NCBI GenBank assembly: GCA_965235115.1
Contig: OZ249436.1
Span: forward strand, 53,818,001 to 53,882,000
DNA: 64,000 nt
Direction: 5' to 3'
From: Laetmonice hystrix
Taxonomy: Eukaryota
The position numbers and the translations under genes are program-made. Each line of letters opens with the position of its first letter. Position 1 is the first letter of the stretch. Under the pieces are notes generated by a model, which made no database searches, was not told where the DNA came from, and worked only from the letters and a program-made list of their open reading frames with translations. Positions 12,488 to 24,546 of the stretch are shown in pieces.

Positions 12488-15400
12488 ACTCCTTTAAATA
12501 TGGCTGGCAAACATCGGAAGGAAGGACTTGGTTTGAACGAGGAGGTCGCTGGTGTGCTCGAAAACATTTCCTCCGGGGTTGTTTTCAGGAAGGCCAGTCT
12601 TTAGATTTATATCAGGCGAGTGTGGCAAATCGTCACGATGAGACTGGCAATGGACACAGTCTCTGTCTCCCTAGGTCAAGGTCATTTACATAACTACTTC
12701 TATCAAACAAATCATAGTCGGATGTTAAATTCTACTGTTACATTTTTCAATTAAGCAGTGTTTGCCCTGAGTGCTTATGATAATTTTAATAAAGTGTTTT
12801 TCTTATGTAAACCAAAATATCTCGAGAATCCCTCTTGCATGGCAAAACTGAAATGGAAACGGTTTTATTACTTCTTTATGTAGCAAAACACGAATAGAAA
12901 AGGTCGCTTAAATCTACACTTTGATCATACTGTCAGGAACAGGCACTGAGATAAACATGACACCTGGATAATATCGAAGCCACAGAAATACAACATCTTG
13001 GCCACATATGTTTTTATCTTTCCACTAGCTGAAAGTCTGAGTGTATCGTTTACACGTCGTATCATGTTTGTGCTTATGAGGACGGATTACAATCCAGAAA
13101 TGGGGCAGAAACTGTAAACGGCCCTGGACCATTGTGTACATCCCAGACACAGAAACGAAAGCGTTCAAAGATGAAGGAATGTCATCTCATTGTTATCAAG
13201 AAAAGTCATGTTCTGGAAATAATTTAACCCACACGAATTCATGGACGAGAAAGTCATTTCTACCCGAGCCTTGATCACATACCATGGATGTTAGAAATAC
13301 CTCCCATTACGCATGCGTATCAATATTGAACTGGAAATAATATAAATATAAAAGAGGTGTAATGATCAGCAATAATGCTTAGTACTCTTTCTCCTGGTAC
13401 AAATTCCGTTACAATTAAGCCATCCATCAGAACAGCCTTTTAAATTTATAAAACATACTGTCAGACACAAAGCGGCAAAGAGTAGGTTCAGCGATGTCAA
13501 AAGCTCTTATTGTCTGATCCACTGAATCTTCAATAATTGAAATGACAAGAAACGTAATGTATTTCTTATCTTGCAATTATCGATTGTCAATAAGCTGAAG
13601 TAATAACAATTTCTTATGTGAAGTTCTTCTGCGGGGCGTCACATCGCATCAGATACATTTCCACCATTGTAAGACAACTCGACCTTAGTATTTTTTCAGT
13701 GCGTCAAACTACTCTGAAGAATAATTCTGAATGGTTGGTCCCACGAGGTGTAGGTCGGTCATTCTTGCGTTTAAATAATGTAGACGTTGGCATGTTACAT
13801 TATTCTTCTGGGACTGAGCAACGAAAGGCAGGCAATGGTAAGTTGGCATTCAAGCGTGACAGAGAAGCGATGGTGGTATCGGATTTATTCCAGCACAACC
13901 ATTTAGAGGACCTGCAATATCTACCATTCCCGAGATGATGGGGACAGACGATATTCCCTGGAGCACCGAATGAAAACTCAGGGCCAGGATTCTAAAGGCG
14001 GAAAAATCGTTGAATAAACAACGAGCAGTTATTGCGACTTTACAGTCGAAAGTATCCTGGGTGTTCGATAAAACGGTGTATGGACAAAATGTTAACAATA
14101 CTAGAGATATACAACGTAAATAATCTATAGACCCCTGGCAATAAAGCGCTTTTGTGGGGGTCTAAATTGTGTAGTCCTCAAGTATTTCAACATTAGCAAA
14201 TTATGTGCTGCCTTTCTGTATACATTTGATGGACACCCTGTACAGATAATAATCATGGGAAAGCAGTTATAGATATTTAAATATATCCGATGAGGTAGTG
14301 TTTGTAATCTGAGGTAGTTTTCAAATATACATCCAGTGGTGTTTTTAGATAGGGATCTTGTGCCGGGCACGAAGGACAGAGGCTTTCACAGTGGCGCTGT
14401 CTGTGCGAAGGTGATAATCGGAATATAGTGTCCCGACAGGGGAACAACATAATCTACCTCAATCTACCTCTCTTCTTTATATATGCTCCTTCTCTGCTTA
14501 TCACTGTACGATTCGTTTTCTAGATTTAGACAAGAACATGAGACTGGCGTAAAATTCAGGAGTGTCACCTTTCTCAATATATCAGTTTCATTTTTGCTCA
14601 ATAGAATTATTTGCTCACATTTAATGAAAGAGAAAAGAAAATAAATTTGGCAAAACTGAATTTTCATTTTGCCAATAAATTATACTTTATTTCAGTCCTT
14701 TACGCCAGAAAGGGTCTCCCTATACACAGAACGACTGACTAGGGGCAGGTTCTCACTGAGGATTTCCCACGGGTAATACCCGGGTCAGTGGTGGTGAGCT
14801 GTTTGGGTGTGAAGGCGCCTAGCCCGGGTTTACTTGACCCTGGTGAGCGCTCTGCCTGGCCAGAAAGAGGGATCAGCTGCCCCGGGTCAGCTCCACACTC
14901 AGGTATAACTGCAGTCTGAATGTAAATCAAGCAGCGTTGAGCCGAGAAGGATCAATTAACAATTCAACAAAAATAATATAAAATCCCTTGACCCCCCCCC
15001 CCTCCCTTGAAAAATATTACTATATTAAGGACGTTTTTGTAAAACAGTGCATTATTTTAACCAAAAAGAACTCTTCATATTTCCTAACAAGGCGTTCTGC
15101 CTTATTTTACATTTCCAAGAGGAGCATGGCCTAATATAAGGCCATCTCTGAAGTACCTAAACTTAGGATTCCCCCCCCCCCCCCAGCCAATTTCTGGATA
15201 CGCCCCTGCAAACGATCACCGACCCCAAAGCCGATCAAGGTTTCCCTATTTGTATCTGGTATAGTACAAAAAATCCATACAGGCCCTAGTCTCCACATAT
15301 AAAATATATCATTAATTTTATTGTGGACATATTACTCCACGGGAGTTTCTTGAAGTATTCCACTCCACATCCCCAGTGTCCTCTTGATGGAACAGAAATA

Positions 15401-16354
15401 ATTACAAGTAAACTCAGATTATCTGTGATGATTATTTAGAAACAGCGACCTACAGAAATCGGTTTAGAGGAGCACTGATCTGACTGTACGTGATTGTTAA
15501 CACATACAATATGTACAATGCCCAATGTTGTTGCTATGGGAACGGATTTTTTTAAAGAAAATCCATGGCTTTGCCTCCAATGCCGATGTAAACAAGGCAG
15601 ACAAATGGCCTCTCATTCAGAAGTAGAATGAATGCATGAACAAATTAATCCAAATAATGTTAACCTTGTTCCAGCTCCAGACTTTTCCTGTGCTACAGAA
15701 CAACGAATAACAATTCTGTATAAATAGGCACATTGTATATTCAATTGTCGTTGCCACAGTAACGAATATTTCATATACCCCCCCCCCCCCCCAAGTAATT
15801 ACAGGAGTCTCTTTAATCTGCCACTTCTAGAACAGTATCATCTCCAACTGATAAGGTTCCTAAAATCGTAACATTGTCAACTTTTTCTTGTCAGTTTGTC
15901 ACATGTATTACTTCCAAGAGGCGATGAAGGGGGTAAAGGCTGGTTTGGATAAGCAGTGGGGCGTTGGATTGCTGGACCAGCTGCGTAGCAATAATGAACA
16001 AAAAGGGCTCTATGATATTTTCCGTTCATAACAAAACCTTTGATTACCTGGTGCGGATCATTGGGGATCATGTTTAAATTCAGCTTAAATAGAAACACTA
16101 ATAAACAACTAATTAAAACCAAAAAACTAATTAAAATTGTCCCAAAGAATGACACAGATAATTCTGATTGATCCCCAACGGACAACCACCTCACAGCCCC
16201 AACCTTCTCCCCATTCATTGCCTCTTACGAACAGCATCGTGCTGCTGGGGACCGTTCCTGTTTTCGGTCCCCATGAGGAAGCTAGGATTACAAGTTTTGT
16301 AAGCGGTCGTGGCAGTCTTCCTGGAGCGTCTAGACAAGATTCTCTTCTCTCCAT

Positions 16355-17411
16355 TTCGGAGAGATCGGCGTGGTGCCAGTGTATATTCGGAGAGATTGGC
16401 GTGGTGCCAGTGTATATTCGGAGAGATCGGCGTGGTGCCAGTGTATATTCGGAGAGATCGGCGTGGTGCCAGTGTATATTCGGAGAGATCGGCGTGGTGC
16501 CAGTGTATATTCGGAGAGATCGGCGTGGTGCCAGTGTATATTCGGAGAGATCGGCGTGATGCCAGTGTATATTCGGAGAGATCGGCGTGGTGCCAGTGTA
16601 TATTCGGAGAGATCGGCGTGGTGCCAGTGTATATTCGGAGAGATCGGCGTGGTGCCAGTGTATATTCGGAGAGATCGGCGTGGTGCCAGTGTATATTCGG
16701 GGAGATCGGCGTCGTGCCAGTGTATATTCGGATAGATCGGCGTGGTGCCAGTGTATATTCGGAGAGATCGGCGTGGTGCCAGTGTATATTCGGAGAGATT
16801 GGCGTGGTGCCAGTGTATATTCGGGGAGATCGGCGTCGTGCCAGTGTATATTCGGAGAGATCGGCGTGGTGCCAGTGTATATTCGGAGAGATCGGCGTGG
16901 TGCCAGTGTATATTCGGGGAGGTCGGCGTCGTGCCAGTGTATATTCGGATAGATCGGCGTGGTGCCAGTGTATATTCGGAGAGATCGGCGTGGTGCCAGT
17001 GTATATTCGGAGAGATTGGCGTGGTGCCAGTGTATATTCGGAGAGATCGGCGTGGTGCCAGTGTATATTCGGAGAGATCGGCGTGGTGCCAGTGTATATT
17101 CGGGGAGATCGGCGTGGTGCCAGTGTATATTCGGGGAGATCGGCGTCGTGCCAGTGTATATTCGGATAGATCGGCGTGGTGCCAGTGTATATTCGGAGAG
17201 ATCGGCGTGGTGCCAGTGTATATTCGGATAGATTGGCGTGATGCCAGTGTATATTCGGAGAGATCGGCGTGGTGCCAGTGTATATTCGGAGAGATCGGCG
17301 TCGTGCCAGTGTATATTCGGAGAGATCGGCGTGGTGCCAGTGTATATTCGGAGAGATTGGCGTGGTGCCAGTGTATATTCGGAGAGATCGGCGTGATGCC
17401 AGTGTATATTC
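16355..17411. repeat. 31-bp minisatellite (TTCGGAGAGATCGGCGTGGTGCCAGTGTATA), ~34 copies
   Basis: Directly visible, highly homogeneous; source of the overlapping repetitive ORFs. Confidence 0.98.
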
Positions 17412-19037
17412 CGATAGTATAAATAGTTGTGTGCACAGACTTCCTTTGTTACTCTTTATTTTCAATGGGTATTTTGATATAACTTTTCCAAAGGTGATAG
17501 ATTTGACCCCCTACCTCTCTCAAATTTTAACCTCTATCCCCTCAAAAAAGAGAGAAGAAACAAAAGACGTCTATTAAACGTTTACCGTAAATTTTCCTTC
17601 CAGTCTATCGAAGATATAAGCTACATAGTTATGGAGATATGTAACTAGATGTAATTATTGAAGGATATACATATCTGGATATGTTTACTAGAGATAATGA
17701 TCGATTTTGTAAAGGGTCATCAATCGCAGGGATTCAAGGGATACTGGGATGATGTCGGTTACACCGGTCGGCGAGAAAGCCGGCTTACGTGAACGAACTC
17801 TTGATGGTTTGTACTCTTTCAAAAGCCCGGCGAGAGCCTGGCTTGGTTTTTGTGCTTTGGCAAGAATCAGCGGAAATTGAGCTGCCAACATACTTTAAGG
17901 CCTAAAAGTAATTCTTTCAGTAAATTAATGAATCGATCAATGGGGGTCTTTCTTTCGAAAGGATAAGGATATTATGCAAATGTGTAATAGCTTATTCTGG
18001 ACCAGGAAGCAAATTACCACATTTCCAACAATGATAATCATGTATGATGGATTCCTTCATGCCACAAATATATCACCAAGAACAATTCAAGCAAACATCG
18101 TGGTGGTGGGTCATGTTTGTTATAGTCAAGTCAAACACCCGTGCATCATCTGCATGGATGGTTGACAAGGAATAAATACATTTTGATACTGGTTAATGAT
18201 CACTTAGTGCCCACCCATAATAAACCATTATCAACTGGAGGACCTAGCCCTCACATGCGCGTTCCGAATTACGGTATAGGAATGTATAACTACACCTCAG
18301 TCCATTCAACTTGTTACTGAAGCAATAATCTAATCCAAAATAAACAAAACAAATGTATACATAGTGATATTCTTAGATGTTAGAAAAACGTTTGACTGGC
18401 CGTGGGTGAAATATGGCCCATTGATGAAAATTATTGCTACGCTCCTGTGATTAAACCATAACAAGTAAGCAATTCGAGTCGTAGCCATCATCTGTGTCGA
18501 AGGAAATGTACATACAGAAGTTAAAATGTAGGCCTACGTGTTACGGAGGGAAGAGGAACTAATATTTGTAACCGATGAAATAGTTCATTGAGCTTTGAGA
18601 AAAATAATGCAGCAGACCTATATATATATATGGTAACAAAAAATAGTTTCTGCACGGCATGTTGTCCAATACAGGGTGGCGACTACATTTTATTCACGAT
18701 TTGTTTATGTCTTTAAAGATACACCTTCCCAGTCCAGTTCCAAATCCACGTGCCAGTAAATTACGTCTCTTTCAACGTAGGCCTATATTTAGCGGACCAT
18801 GGCAGTTACGTATAGAGTGTGTATCGTACGGGACCTCCGCCCTCCGGAACTCCTATACATCAGAGCTATAATATGATTAGTTCTGCCTCATATCGCGAGT
18901 CAAGTCATTATGGGCTCTTTGTAATGCCGGATACTGATAACATAAAAGACTTTTCCGAAGCTACGTCGTATGGAGGGCGCCATGCTTTAGCCGACACCCT
19001 CTCTTGAACTTATCCCAGAAGAGAATAATGACTCTCT

Positions 19038-20300
19038 GGCCCGTATTCACGGACATCACTCAACCTCATCCTCCACTCAAACTCCACTGAGGAGTACTCA
19101 AGGATAACTCGAGGGAGAGTGTAAGGCCGACCTCATCCTTAATGAGTGTGAGGTCAACCTTGCACTCCTACTTGCAATTTGCTATTCACAGACCTTCCTC
19201 AAGTCACACTTGATTGAGGTCAGCCTCCATTGTGTACTGGCAGACTAAAGTTATAAATAAATGCCGTTGTGTAATCTACTGAATCATTGCCTAGTGGGAT
19301 TCGTCCATTTGGTCTGTCTGACAGTGCATTGTTTTTATTTATTTATTTATTTTTTATTATTATTTTTAATTATTATTTTTATTTTATTTCTAACTTAATT
19401 TTATTTTACTTTAATTTATTTTAATTTAATTTAACTTAATTTTAACGGAATTTTATTGGAATAGGTCTTCTACGGTTGTTGTACAGTTGTAATTCATGAC
19501 TGATTATTTCTAACAGCTCGTGAAAACGCGTTTTTTGTTAAAGGCCTGTTCAAATTTGCGGCGCGGTTTTAACCGCCCCTAAACGCTCCCAATGTTAAGT
19601 AATGAACGTGTTCAGACTTGCGGTGCGGTGCGGTGCAGCAGGACGCGGTATGACGCGGCGAGCGATTCTTACCGCCCACGAACTCTCCTGCAGTATTTTT
19701 CCGTGTTGGCTCGCTTGCACGTGAGGATGCATCATGGAGAAATGCCATCAGCGCTCAAGGTGAAACCAATGCAGGTCAAAGTAAATGACGTCACAAGGGG
19801 GGTTTTCCTTCTGGAATCCTCACGCGGCAAGCGAACCAACGCGGAAAAATACTGCAGGAGAGTTCGTGGGCGGTGAGAATCGCTCGCCGCGTCATACCGC
19901 GTCCTGCCGCACCGCACCGCAAGTCTGAACACGTTCATTACTTAACATTGGGAGCGTTTAGGGGCGGTTAAAACCGCGCCGCGCCGCGCCGCGCCGCAAG
20001 TCTGAACAGGCCTTAAACGGTATCTTTGACGGAATTGTTCATCGTCATATACATTGTAGTGAAAATTGTAATTCATAATGACACTACCCAACCACCTGAA
20101 GGCCATGTTTGTACCGTTGAGGAATGCTCAAGGCAGGTGTGGACCTTCCTCAGGCTTTCCTCAGAGAGGGACACTTACTAGAGGGTGAGAGACGTCTGTG
20201 AAATGGAACAGAGGTGAGGTCGACCTCACACTCAGTGAGGTCAACCTATTCCTCAATGAGTATGAGGTCGACCTCATTGAGGATGAGGAGTTCCTCACTC
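19038..20300. mobile_element. Older Harbinger-like non-autonomous element hosting the 19542-20013 MITE
   Basis: Starts GGCCCGTATTCAC. The motifs GAGGTC(A/G)ACCT and CCTCA/TGAGG recur at both 19040-19230 and 20100-20300. No right TIR is visible (runs into a CT microsatellite). Confidence 0.5.
19542..20013. mobile_element. Palindromic Tourist-like (PIF/Harbinger) MITE
   Basis: ~190-bp near-perfect inverted arms starting AGGCCTGTTCA / ending TGAACAGGCCT; TSD TAA (19539-19541 and 20014-20016). Confidence 0.9.
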
Positions 20301-22704
20301 TCTCTCTTTCTCTCTCTCCCGGTGTGTGTGTGTGAGTGTCTCTCTCTCTCGCTATGGAAAGGGTGCTCTAAAAAGTGATACACCGGTCGTTGTTTTCCAT
20401 CGAATAGGCCCTACAAGGCTTTGTCTATAGATTGTGTTCATGAGTACCGTTCCAATGCGTACCAAGATAAAAGACCCCACCACACCCGACGATGGTGAGG
20501 AGCTACACATGACGTTCCAGTCCCGTAGGTGACCCCCACTGCTCCGCCAAGTGTCATTAGGGTAATAAAGAGGATAAAGTGCGAAAGGGACCTGCCACTG
20601 GCAGATGATCAGTTGCTCTTGTGTTAAAGGGTAGTCTTTTATACGTAACAGCCATGGCTGGACATAACAACACATTTTTTCGTGGCCCAGTTGTAGAGTA
20701 ATGGGGAGAAGTGAGTAGGTTAGTGCTGGTGGTTAGAAAACTATAGAAAACGGTGGGGTGGACAAATGAGAAATGGCACAGGGAAGGGCCCAAACGCCAT
20801 CTGTTTACACAAAGCATATTTTTGACCATCGGCTGAGTAGCCACACCGGTCCTCGTCCCATTCATCGTCTTTTACAAACAACAACGGAGTAGGCTACTGC
20901 AGGAGGCATTCGTACGAGAAGACGTACATAACGTTACAGGTGGAATGTTTCCCAGAACATCATGGTGTATGGCGCAGGCAGTGTCGTTTGCTCTACTCTC
21001 CGGACACACATCCATCAGACTACCAATGGTGGGCACAGAGACTGTTTGTGTGCCCGACGGCCCCGTGACCGGTGAACCTGACCCGGTGCGCCTCCCTGCA
21101 GGGTACACCTCTGCCCTTACACACAACAGACCAGTGAAGCCCTCTGTGCTAATTGGATGGGTTTCTGAACCGTTGCTTCCGGCTTGGCATCTCCGCCTTC
21201 GATAAATTGGCCATAGACCTACCTGCGTCTTCGCTGTGGCTTTGTGAGGGTCTGTTAGTGTTTCTGATTGATTTCTACAAGGGGGTCTCTCCGTTGGTTT
21301 CTCGAAGTGAACGCTTTCGAGATTGCCTGGCCACCTAGCCAGGAAACGCCTTTCAAAGCTGGTTGACTTACGACACCTCCAGCACAAAAACTTCATCAGA
21401 GGTACCATTATGTTCTAGCGTGGCCATAAATTTAACAAAGCAATATAATAGGTCCAAAATTAAAAGCTTCAAAGAGGTCACTGTAGTTCATATATTATAC
21501 ATGTAAATCCTTAGTCTGCCGCCTGGTGCTCGTGCTAAGACTGGATATAGAAGCCGACATGGCTTCAGCATGTGTTTGCAGCTTTAAAAAGGTGAGGCAG
21601 CTCTCTCTCTCTCTCTCTCCCTCTCTCTCTCTCACCCCCACACAAAGCCACTTAATAAACTGATAGGGGCATATTTTATGACAGATGCTATAATTTCTTT
21701 AGCGCTTTGTATAATCGCAAGGATCTGGAGACATTTTACCAAGCAATATGGGATTTAATGTGAATGAATGGCATCATAATTCCCTCAATCATAAAGACAG
21801 CAATTCGGTGAATCCGGAATAGGGTCCCAGTTATGTTTTACATAATGCATTTAAGAGAACAAAAGGCTTAATGTCTTCATAGGCTAATCAATCTCTTCCT
21901 CGATCGATTTCTTTCGCAAAAAGACACCGTTCCAAGGGGAGTTTTCTTTAAAGGCTTTCATCAGTGGATACATGGGCAGGCACACAGGCCGTGAAATTTT
22001 AAGCAAGTTACAAATGATTTGAACACAATTAGTGCTAAAATAGTTTAAATATAGATTTTGTGTGCCGGAGCCTGCTCAGCGTGTGGATGCCGCCATAGCG
22101 TCTGGTAATTTGACGTCACAGGGTCTGACCAATCGCAGCACGACTGCTCTTCAGTTTGGGAGGAACTAAAACCTACACACATAACAACATGGCGTCGTCC
22201 AGGGAAATGTTGGCAGCTTATAGCCTATATTAGTTAGAACCTAGACCGAAAGCCATCGGTAGTGATGAGGAGTCGCTAGGAATTTCCGACATCCGCGCGT
22301 CCACCATAAGCGCCGCGTGGACTTGACCAGTGGGCGCGCCACACCACGCCCATGGCAGGTGTAGCAGAAATGAATGTCCCCCGGACTCCCAGCACTGAGG
22401 CCCAACATGGCTTTAAGTAAAGGCTTTCACAGTTTACCCCTCCAAAGGGCATCATGCCGACCCAACGTGGTCCCTGTGGGCTGGAGAAAACAATAGATGT
22501 TATTGGTGATATAGCTTGGCGTTAAGCTGTCTGAACATTATTGCAGCTTTACCTCAAACCCTAACAAAGCATTTGTGAAAGATATACATGTAAGGATGTA
22601 GCCGTAACACCTGCATAATGCAGTCACCTGTCAACACGCGCGTGCTATAGGACACCCGGCCACCGGACTGACCCCAGGCCCTTCCTCCCTGTAGGCCTAT
22701 GTGT

Positions 22705-24272
22705 GTGTTCTGGCGAGATACGTCCGAACGGCTGGTTATGTCCGATAGGATATATATGTCCGCAAACATCAGCTAGATGTGTCCAGTACCGGACACATCT
22801 AGCTAATATTTGCGGACATATCCGGATTACCGGACACATTTAGCTGATATTTGCGGACATATCCGGATAGAGTGCGCCTATATAGAACTGACCACCAGAT
22901 GGCAGCATCCATCGCAGATACCACCAATGCCGGCAATGTGGCTATTGACGCTTGGCCCCCTACCGGAAACACCGGAGGGCTTGTTGACGCTTGGTGTCAC
23001 CTTCGTCTATAGGAAGTTGGCATGGGTCATTGTTGCCTGGATATATACAATTTCTTTTTGATTTTCACTAAACCAAATGTTAAGAATCAAGACAAAATGC
23101 ATTTTAAAAGTATGCTTAAATATTTACCTACAACGTGCACTGCCTTAAAGGGGCATGCTATGAAACACGTTTTGGGGGATTTCCGGCAATTATCCAACAT
23201 GACCGTGTACTAGGGATCCAAGTAAATAATCCTACCACAGCATTTTGTCCTCGGACGTGTTTTCGCTGCGTATGCAGCACAAGTAGGTTCTATACGACAA
23301 AACCTATAGATTTCTCCCGATAGCACATCTCCCGCCATAATTTGGCGGACAACCCCCCATCAACCCGTGTAATTGCATACTGTGTCACATCATGTGTGTG
23401 CACTCGCTGCATGTGCTTAGTCACGTGCTTTGCTTAGTTGTAAACAATTCAGCACTGGCACTCGATCGCCCGGCATCAGAATGCCACCCAAAAAATATTT
23501 TACGAAATCGGCAGAGAAGCGGGCAAGGGAGCTTAATAAACTTCGATTTCTCACGCAAAATGAAACTGATAAGTCTGTCTTTGTTTACTAAGCAATTTTA
23601 ATGAAGGATCTCTTTATGAAAACAGCAAAAGTTCTATGAAATACCGATTTTTAACGTTTCCTCATAATATGCCCCTTTAAGGTTTGTGCTTTCGCTGAGT
23701 CTGTCACACCTGTTCTGTGGTACCCGACCAACAGGGTGTGTATATAAAGCAATTATTAACACTGTGCAACTGTCTAGGAAAGGCGAGACTCGGGTCTCCA
23801 CGTTCGGTCGTATTCTGGAAACAGACGCTGTTGAAAACCTGACAGTACGAAGAGGTCGGCTCGGTTGGTCCCCACGAGGGAGAGGTGAGGGTGAAACTCG
23901 AAGATCCGTGGACAACTCTTCTAAAGGGTTCTATAAATGGAACCCGTACCCCGTCAGTGTGCTCAATCTGCGGCAAGGTTTCAAACCAGTTGACTCTCAA
24001 TGGGCCATCGTGTCTCCAGACGCCAGATGCGAACGTTAGTACTTGGACCCTGACCAATCCCTGATTTTTTTTAGTTGTTCTCAATTTTTCTTGCTCTCGC
24101 CTCCCATTCATCAGGATCTGTGAGCGGCTGAATGAGCCGAAATAATGTGGCCTATCACCAACTTTCCAAATGTTCCAGTTTTTCAATTTCTCCGGACACA
24201 TCTAGCTCATGTTTGCGGACATATCTCCTGTCGGACATAACTAGCCGTTCGGACATATCTAACCGGTACAGT
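22705..24272. mobile_element. Degenerate TIR element with ~70-bp inverted termini and subterminal repeats
   Basis: 22714-22783 is the reverse complement of 24194-24260 (GGACACATCTAGCT.ATGTTTGCGGACATAT…GCCGTTCGGAC). Extra copies of the motif occur at 22789-22867. The right end finishes …CCGGTACAGTG (CACTG terminus). Confidence 0.65.
23149..23676. mobile_element. Kolobok-like MITE with TTAA TSD
   Basis: TTAA (23145-23148) AGGGGCATGCTATGA … TCATAATATGCCCCT TTAA (23677-23680). Purine (AG) termini with TTAA TSD fit Kolobok rather than piggyBac (CCC termini). Confidence 0.75.
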
Positions 24273-24329
24273 GTGCTACTTGTCCAGCCTCTCGTTGGAG
24301 CCACCTCTACGGAAGACGAGTGGGACTGA

Positions 24330-24546
24330 AGCCAGGACTCTATGTGTCCGTAGTGCGTATCACGTATTGCATAGTGCATAATCAAAACCAATGAAAAGAA
24401 TGAAAACACGCATCACGCACTACGCACACATGGAATCACACCAACTTGTTTTCATTGATTTTGATGAATACGCCTTTTGCACCACGCATTACGCATTACG
24501 CATCACGCATCACGCCCACACTATACGTACACATGGATTCCTGGCT
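24330..24546. mobile_element. Small Tourist-like MITE
   Basis: TIRs AGCCAGGACTCTATGTGT / ACACATGGATTCCTGGCT; flanks TGA / TAA; internal ACGCAT(T/C) repeats. Confidence 0.7.

Noticed and set aside
16137..17577. Long overlapping ORFs (up to 416 aa) as real genes
   Set aside because: They are translations of a stop-free 31-bp minisatellite, open in several frames on both strands.
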